A stretch of 64,000 nucleotides of DNA from SAR86 cluster bacterium (lineage in GTDB: Bacteria > Pseudomonadota > Gammaproteobacteria > Magnimaribacterales > TMED112). The notes under the pieces are model-generated. The model made no database searches, had not been told where the DNA came from, and saw nothing but the letters and a program-made list of their open reading frames with translations. The stretch covers positions 13,109-77,108 of the forward strand of contig JADHNL010000001.1 in NCBI GenBank assembly GCA_016779525.1, read 5' to 3'. The first letter of the stretch is position 1. Every line of letters starts with the position of its first letter. The translations under genes were made by a program, and so were the position numbers. This document shows positions 58,709 through 64,000 of this stretch, in pieces.

Positions 58709-59676
58709 TGGCAATTTTAGTTACTGGTGCAAATGGCTTTGTTGGCAAAATTCTTCTGGATAAATTGCTTAATACCTTCCCTGGCCAACAAATATATAAC
58801 ATAGACCTAAAACCAGTTAATCGTAAAGAAGTTAACGATTTCACTTGCGATATAACAGATAAGGATTCTTTGAAAAAGATTATATTAGACAATGATAAAG
58901 TCAGCTTAATCCATTTAGCTGCTAATATTTTTACAGATAATGTTCCTTCAAGGTTTAGCAGAAAAAAGTTTTTTTTCGATACCAATGTATATGGAACAGA
59001 CAATCTGTTAGATGTATTCAAAGATAAAATTTCCTCTATATCTTTTTTATCTACAGATATGGTTTATGGAACTCCTGAATCAATTCCTATTTCTACCTCT
59101 CATAAACTTACGCCAAATGGTGAATATGGTCTGAGTAAGATAGAAGCTGAAAACCTAATAACAACTTATGCGAAATCACAATCAATAAAATATTTTATTT
59201 TTCGACCACGATTAATTGCTGGGCCTGGCAGGTATGGGTTGTTCCTGAAATTATTTTATTTAATTAAGAATAATTTTCCTGTACCTCTCATAGGAGATGG
59301 CACAAATAGATATCAATTTATAAGTGTATATGATTGTGCTGATGCATTGATACATTCGCTTAAACCTAATTCAGTTGCTGGTATATATAATCTTGGTTCA
59401 GAGAACCCACCCAATGTAAATAGATTATTAAATACATTAATAGAATCTGTTGGGTCAAAATCAAAACTTGTAAAGACCAGCCCTACATTAATCAAAAATG
59501 CTCTGGCATTCTTAGACTTGGTTAACCTAAGTTTGCTGTATCCTGAGCAATACCTAATCGCAGATAAAGATTACTTACTTGATACATCAGGCTTGAAAGA
59601 TAAGTTTGGATTCACTCCGAAATATACGGATATTGATATGATTAATGCAGCCTATAAAGATTACCTTAATCTTTAG
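58708..59676 (+). CDS. NAD-dependent epimerase/dehydratase (extended SDR)
   Basis: 322-aa ORF with ILVTGANGFVGKILLDKLL, YGLSKIEAE (YxxxK) and FRPRLIAGPGR. Confidence 0.7.
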   Translation: MAILVTGANGFVGKILLDKLLNTFPGQQIYNIDLKPVNRKEVNDFTCDITDKDSLKKIILDNDKVSLIHLAANIFTDNVPSRFSRKKFFFDTNVYGTDNLLDVFKDKISSISFLSTDMVYGTPESIPISTSHKLTPNGEYGLSKIEAENLITTYAKSQSIKYFIFRPRLIAGPGRYGLFLKLFYLIKNNFPVPLIGDGTNRYQFISVYDCADALIHSLKPNSVAGIYNLGSENPPNVNRLLNTLIESVGSKSKLVKTSPTLIKNALAFLDLVNLSLLYPEQYLIADKDYLLDTSGLKDKFGFTPKYTDIDMINAAYKDYLNL

Positions 59677-60046
59677 ATACAAATACATACTTTTTATCAA
59701 GCAAGTACTTAAGGTAATAACAAATAGTAAGCCCAATCAATGCTCCAATATTCTGGGCTAATAGTGTTCCAAAATAAAATACAAATGCTAATTCTATACC
59801 CCACCACAGGGGAGTAAGAAGTGCTCCAAAAAAAGAATAAAGCAAAAAAGATCCTGCCAAATTAATTTTAGAATTTTTAAAAATATATTTTTTATCGAGT
59901 AAAAATTTACCTAATAAACCAGCAGTTGTGCCAAATAATATCTGGACGTAAATACTGATTGCAAAATAACTTAAAGTATTTTGAACTAATAAATTAATAG
60001 CTGTTGCGACAGCAGCAAATAGAAAATATAGATATAAATTAGACAT
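59666..60046 (-). CDS. GtrA-family small membrane protein
   Basis: 126-aa ORF with 4 TM segments. The two halves each end in the GtrA-type motif: GKFLLDKKYIFKN and LKYLLDKKYVFVS. Confidence 0.7.
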   Translation of the reverse strand: MSNLYLYFLFAAVATAINLLVQNTLSYFAISIYVQILFGTTAGLLGKFLLDKKYIFKNSKINLAGSFLLYSFFGALLTPLWWGIELAFVFYFGTLLAQNIGALIGLTICYYLKYLLDKKYVFVSKD

Positions 60047-60068
60047 TTTTTTATAATGATTATTTATT

Positions 60069-61613
60069 ATGACATTTTTATCTGAGCAAGCTTCATCATA
60101 CTATGAAAGTTTCTCAAACATTTTCTTAGACCTTTACTTCCTATCGTCAGGATCGTTTTTCCCAATAACTCTTATTTTTATGGTTGTGTTTTCAATGCTA
60201 ATTTCAAAATTTGGCTTTGAAGGGTTTGGTATTAGAAGGATAGTTGGAAAAGATCAAGTTTTTAACTTTTTCATGACGGCATATATTGCTCTTGCCTTCG
60301 CTTATCTTATTTATCCAAATTTCCATGATCACATTGAGTCCAGCGTAAGCATGATGTCAAAATCTTTGCTTTCTGGTAATGCGCTCTACTCATACTCTGA
60401 TGCCTGGCCCTACTCAGTGCTTGTATATGGTCCTTATCTATTTATCTTTGAAGCTTTGCTTCTTACAACAGGTCTACCAATTATAGAGGCATCAAAATTA
60501 TTAGGGTTTTTATCTATTTTAGGTAGCTTCATATTAATGAGAATACTGTTCAAAAAAAACTTATCTCTAAATATGTTAATTCTAATTTTGCCTGCAGGAT
60601 TTTTTTTATTTTGGAATAGGCCAGAACCTCTAATTATTCTTTTTACTTTGTTTTCTTTGTATTTATCAAGAAGTCTTTTATCAATTTATTCAAAATTATT
60701 ATTTGGTTTTTCTTTAGGAGTTCTAGTCAATTTAAAGATTTCAATGCTACCAATTGCATTGCTTATATTTTTTTTTGGTGTGTTATTTAGCAAATTGAAT
60801 TCTAAATCCATGCTCCAGGTTATATCTGCAGGAATCTTTTCACTTATAGTGCCCTTCTTTTCCCATCAAATAGACTTTAGGGATTACGCTGAATTTATTT
60901 TTTCTGTAAGTACAGAAGGTATTGATTACTGGATTCTTGCTACTAATTTCATTTTTTTTATCCTTATCATCATATACACAAAACCTTTCCTAAATGGCAT
61001 CAATTTATCAGTGGGATCAATTTCAATTGTCAATGTTTTATTCTTTCTAGCATTTATTCCGTCAATCAAGCCAGGTGCAGGAATATGGCACTTGCTTCCT
61101 ATTGTATTCATTTCAGCCTTTATTATTGAAAAATCTAAAGTAAAAAAAGAGCTCTTTGAGGGGAGGCATATATTTAATTCCGTGTGTATGCTTGCTTCAG
61201 TATTCTTAATATATTTTTCATTTATTCTCTTCAGTAAGCAAGCCTATTGGAATCAAGTAAAATATGAGCTTGTCTCGATTGAGCAGGAATATCCCGGAAT
61301 AAAAATGGGTGTGACAGATCTAGAAAGATACGGGGAAACGTTCTACCGAGTCATGTTATCCGGTGATCAATTTGATGTGCCTGCATTCATGGATCTTAAT
61401 TTTATTGGGCAAAAAGAGACTGAATTTGCTGAAAAGTTAAGCAATTGCACAATTGACTTGTTAGTTTTACCAAATAGTGGAGAACCATTTAGTCTAGAAA
61501 ATTTTTATACAAAAAAATCCTTATATTCTAATGAGACAAAAGCAAAATTTAATGAGAGATTCGCTCTTATTAAGAGCTTTAACTATTACAATGTATATCA
61601 GTGCGCACCATAG
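60069..61613 (+). CDS. GT-C-type polytopic membrane glycosyltransferase (candidate polyprenyl-phosphate-sugar-dependent transferase)
   Basis: 514-aa ORF. It has about 11 or more TMs, an early loop rich in acidic and aromatic residues (YPNFHDHIES...YSYSDAWPYSVLVYGPY), and a soluble C-terminal domain of about 120 aa. This architecture resembles ArnT/Aft/PMT-like GT-C enzymes. No specific family is recognised. Confidence 0.5.
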   Translation: MTFLSEQASSYYESFSNIFLDLYFLSSGSFFPITLIFMVVFSMLISKFGFEGFGIRRIVGKDQVFNFFMTAYIALAFAYLIYPNFHDHIESSVSMMSKSLLSGNALYSYSDAWPYSVLVYGPYLFIFEALLLTTGLPIIEASKLLGFLSILGSFILMRILFKKNLSLNMLILILPAGFFLFWNRPEPLIILFTLFSLYLSRSLLSIYSKLLFGFSLGVLVNLKISMLPIALLIFFFGVLFSKLNSKSMLQVISAGIFSLIVPFFSHQIDFRDYAEFIFSVSTEGIDYWILATNFIFFILIIIYTKPFLNGINLSVGSISIVNVLFFLAFIPSIKPGAGIWHLLPIVFISAFIIEKSKVKKELFEGRHIFNSVCMLASVFLIYFSFILFSKQAYWNQVKYELVSIEQEYPGIKMGVTDLERYGETFYRVMLSGDQFDVPAFMDLNFIGQKETEFAEKLSNCTIDLLVLPNSGEPFSLENFYTKKSLYSNETKAKFNERFALIKSFNYYNVYQCAP

Positions 61614-62911
61614 ATACTATAAAGCAAATTTTTTCCATAAAGGAAATTTCAAATTTTGCCTGGCTAAGCGGTGATAAGTTAGTCAAGCTTATTTTAGGTT
61701 TAATTGTTGGGATATGGGTTGCAAGATATCTGGAGCCTATTAATTTTGGAATTCTTACATTTTGGTTAACTTTATTGGGTTTTTTTGAGGTATTTGCCTC
61801 TTTTGGCACGCAAAATGTAGTTATAAAAAAACTTGTTGAAGAGAATAACAAAGACCAAATATTAATTGGTGCAATTGCTCTAAGATTAATTCTTTCATTC
61901 TTTGCTGCAATTGCATTTGGCATTACTTCACTCTTCTTTAATTCTATGGATATCGAGAACATTCAGTTATTCTTAATATTTATTTTATTTTTTAGATTTT
62001 CTGAAATATTCAAATACTTCTTCGAATCAGTAGTACAATCAAAATATGCTGCATGGAGTGAAAGCATTGCTCTAACAATATCCGGCTGTATTAAGATCAT
62101 TCTTATTCTACTTTCAGAAAATTTAGATTTATTTATTATTGTTGCTGTTTTTGAAGCAAGTATGATACTAATTTTGATGGTTTATTTTGCCAAGAAAAAC
62201 TTTCCTGAAACAAAATTTCTTAACTTTAAAAAATTTAGGTTAAAACAAACCTACCACCTTATGAAAGAGAGTGTGCCATTCTTTTTGGCCAGTTTGACTG
62301 TATTGTTATACATGAAGATAGATCAAATCATGGTAGGAGTATTTTTAGACCCTATTGAGTTAGGGTATTATGCTGTTGCTGTAAAAATCACAGAAGTTTG
62401 GTATTTTGTGCCTTTGGCACTTATATCATCTTTTTTTCCAATGTTGATTAAATCTTTTTTGGAAACTGATGCTTTCAAAAAATTAATCTCAAACTTGTTT
62501 TTTTCTCTTTTTTGGATTTCAATGCTTGCTTCAGTTTTAACTCTATTGCTTTCTGAGAAGGTAATTATTCTATTATTTGGAACTCCCTATTTACCTTCAG
62601 CAGGACTTCTAAACTTATATATATTTTCTGGAGTTCTTGTAGGATTGAGTACATTATCGGATAGATGGTACCAGCTGAACAATTTATCTGATTTTATTTT
62701 TTATAAGTCTCTTTGCGGAGCATTAACAAACATAGTTCTTAATTATTTTCTTATCAAACTATTTGGTGTTTGGGGCGCAGCTATATCAACTGTTTTGACC
62801 TTATTTATTCTTGTATATATTTTTGATTTATTCTCTAAGAAAACAAGACCATTGCTTTTGCTAAAGGTAAATTCTTTATTAAGGTTTTACGACTTTAAGA
62901 AGATTTCTTGA
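61601..62911 (+). CDS. Wzx-like polysaccharide flippase (MOP superfamily), copy 2
   Basis: 436-aa ORF with a GTG start. The N-terminus FAWLSGDKLVKLILGLIVGIWVARYLEPINFGIL is typical of RfbX/Wzx. It has about 12 TMs. Confidence 0.6.
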   Translation: MRTIDTIKQIFSIKEISNFAWLSGDKLVKLILGLIVGIWVARYLEPINFGILTFWLTLLGFFEVFASFGTQNVVIKKLVEENNKDQILIGAIALRLILSFFAAIAFGITSLFFNSMDIENIQLFLIFILFFRFSEIFKYFFESVVQSKYAAWSESIALTISGCIKIILILLSENLDLFIIVAVFEASMILILMVYFAKKNFPETKFLNFKKFRLKQTYHLMKESVPFFLASLTVLLYMKIDQIMVGVFLDPIELGYYAVAVKITEVWYFVPLALISSFFPMLIKSFLETDAFKKLISNLFFSLFWISMLASVLTLLLSEKVIILLFGTPYLPSAGLLNLYIFSGVLVGLSTLSDRWYQLNNLSDFIFYKSLCGALTNIVLNYFLIKLFGVWGAAISTVLTLFILVYIFDLFSKKTRPLLLLKVNSLLRFYDFKKIS

Positions 62912-63918
62912 AATTCACCAAATGTAAGGTTTTCAAAATCTAGACTTTTTGAATTTGTATATGTCTTCATGACTATTGATGAAAAATCAAACCTTTGTTT
63001 AGAAATTTTTCTAAGTGCCTCATCTAAGAAAACCTTTGTAATCTCGGAATAATCCCTAACAATTATTATTGGTAATTTGGAATACATTTTAGATAAGCAA
63101 TTTTCTTTAACAATGGGAATTGCTCCAAGCAGAATAGCTTCATATGTTCTGTGACAGTCATATCCTGATCCTTCAGGACTTAAACAAAAAGCATATTTTG
63201 CTTGATTCTCCCATGCTTTTTTTCTTGGAACTCTATCTGGCTCATAAAAACAAGAATTTTTAGGCGTGTTTTTATAGCAAGCTTTTCTGTCACCTCTATC
63301 TAAGGCAAAATGCCAGTTGCTATAAGCCAGCCTTACTCTTCGAAAAGTATTTTGAGAAGACTTCAATATATTTTTGATTATTATTTCTTGGTCGCTAGGG
63401 TGAACTGAATGTTGATAATAGTCTGTATGATAATCCATCCCTATTGGCACATTTATTAATTTGGGGTGAGAGAAGTCTAAATTTTGAGCATACCACTTAT
63501 CAAGATATGGGTTTTCTAAAATTGTTTGCAAACAATCTAAAGCAAAGTTTTCAGGCTTTATAGTTAAATCACTATCACCAGAAAACAATACAAAATTGTT
63601 TCTTATCTTATTCAATTTATATTTTTTAAATCTAGGTAAAGCATCTGAGCAGACATAAATATTCTGAGAGTTATTTTTAATTTGAAAGTTAACATTTTTA
63701 GTTGAAGATAGTTGAGCAAGGTTCCTAGTATCGCAATGTGCAAATAGCCCACGAGTATTTAGTGCAAAACATTCTTTGAATGCATCATGTAAAGAAGGGT
63801 TGAATCTATGACTAAAATTTAATCTTTCATATTGATTCATCAAGAAATTTTTTATTCCATTTGGTAGATTCTCCCAAAAATTTCCACACCATTTTCTAAG
63901 TACTTTTCTTAATGCCAT
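62887..63918 (-). CDS. Uncharacterised glycosyltransferase-like protein (exostosin/GT47-like C-terminal motif)
   Basis: 343-aa ORF. FCLSPEGSGYDCHRTYEAILLGAIPIV resembles the conserved P.G....R..EA...G.IPV block of exostosin-family transferases. The rest is unrecognised. Confidence 0.35.
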   Translation of the reverse strand: MALRKVLRKWCGNFWENLPNGIKNFLMNQYERLNFSHRFNPSLHDAFKECFALNTRGLFAHCDTRNLAQLSSTKNVNFQIKNNSQNIYVCSDALPRFKKYKLNKIRNNFVLFSGDSDLTIKPENFALDCLQTILENPYLDKWYAQNLDFSHPKLINVPIGMDYHTDYYQHSVHPSDQEIIIKNILKSSQNTFRRVRLAYSNWHFALDRGDRKACYKNTPKNSCFYEPDRVPRKKAWENQAKYAFCLSPEGSGYDCHRTYEAILLGAIPIVKENCLSKMYSKLPIIIVRDYSEITKVFLDEALRKISKQRFDFSSIVMKTYTNSKSLDFENLTFGEFQEIFLKS

Positions 63919-64000
63919 ATTTTCTGTAAGAAATTTTTTATTTTTTTAAATGGGGTTTGAATATGCTGTTTGGGCGGATTATTAAGCATGTCTGTTTTTA

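Noticed and set aside
58689-59021. 110-aa minus-strand ORF overlapping the start of the 58708-59676 epimerase gene.
   Set aside because: The plus-strand frame has clear SDR motifs (VTGANGFVGK). The minus-strand ORF has no motifs and would overlap two real genes.
61579-61962. 127-aa minus-strand ORF antisense to the wzx copy 2 start.
   Set aside because: The plus-strand frame encodes a characteristic Wzx N-terminus. The antisense ORF is unsupported.
63963-64000. Possible plus-strand gene start (ATG 63963, MLFGRIIKHVCF...) at the window edge.
   Set aside because: Only 12 codons are visible, so neither coding nature nor function can be supported.
1-64000. Scanned for CRISPR arrays, transposases, integrases, IS inverted repeats, rRNA genes and defence-system hallmarks.
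   Set aside because: No regularly spaced repeats were seen, and no ORFs had transposase, integrase, recombinase or nuclease-helicase defence signatures. All long ORFs are accounted for by housekeeping or glycan-biosynthesis functions.

Overview
This window appears to come from a low-GC, tightly packed proteobacterial chromosome. The gene order ubiG-HAD-SDR and gyrA-serC-CM-tyrA-aroA-cmk-rpsA is typical of gamma/beta-proteobacteria, and many genes overlap by 1-20 nt. No taxon can be assigned from sequence alone.

Positions 1-23760 are core housekeeping genes: ubiG, pntAA/AB/B, gyrA, serC, aromatic amino-acid genes, cmk, rpsA, pyrF, pgi, uvrC, infC-rpmI-rplT-pheST, metK and ahcY. Several of these are visibly domain-reduced. 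PheS lacks its N-terminal coiled coil, PheT lacks the B2 OB-fold, S1 has 5 rather than 6 S1 domains, and pheA is reduced to a 94-aa chorismate mutase.

From 23883 to the window end (more than 40 kb) lies a large, more AT-rich surface-glycan locus. It is split by a tRNA-Cys/tRNA-Leu pair and contains these modules:
- A pseudaminic-acid pathway (pseB, pseC, pseF, pseI, a pseH-like gene) with an unusual tailoring set: HAD, ATP-grasp and a GAPDH-like enzyme.
- An HpcH-type pyruvate aldolase, a KdsB-like cytidylyltransferase, dehydrogenases, and a decayed second kdsB-like copy. Together these suggest an undescribed CMP-ulosonic-acid route.
- UDP-GlcA/GalA genes, GT2 and GT4 transferases, and several large orphan transferase-like proteins.
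- Export and polymerisation genes: two Wzx-like flippases, one Wzy-like polymerase, a short PCP/Wzz-like protein and a giant Wza-like exporter.
- The most striking module: a mycobacterial-type set for making a polyprenyl-phospho-arabinofuranose donor, comprising a HAD phosphatase, a UbiA-type phosphoribosyltransferase, DprE1-like and DprE2-like enzymes, a GtrA-like protein and a GT-C transferase.

I saw no transposase, integrase, CRISPR array or rRNA gene.
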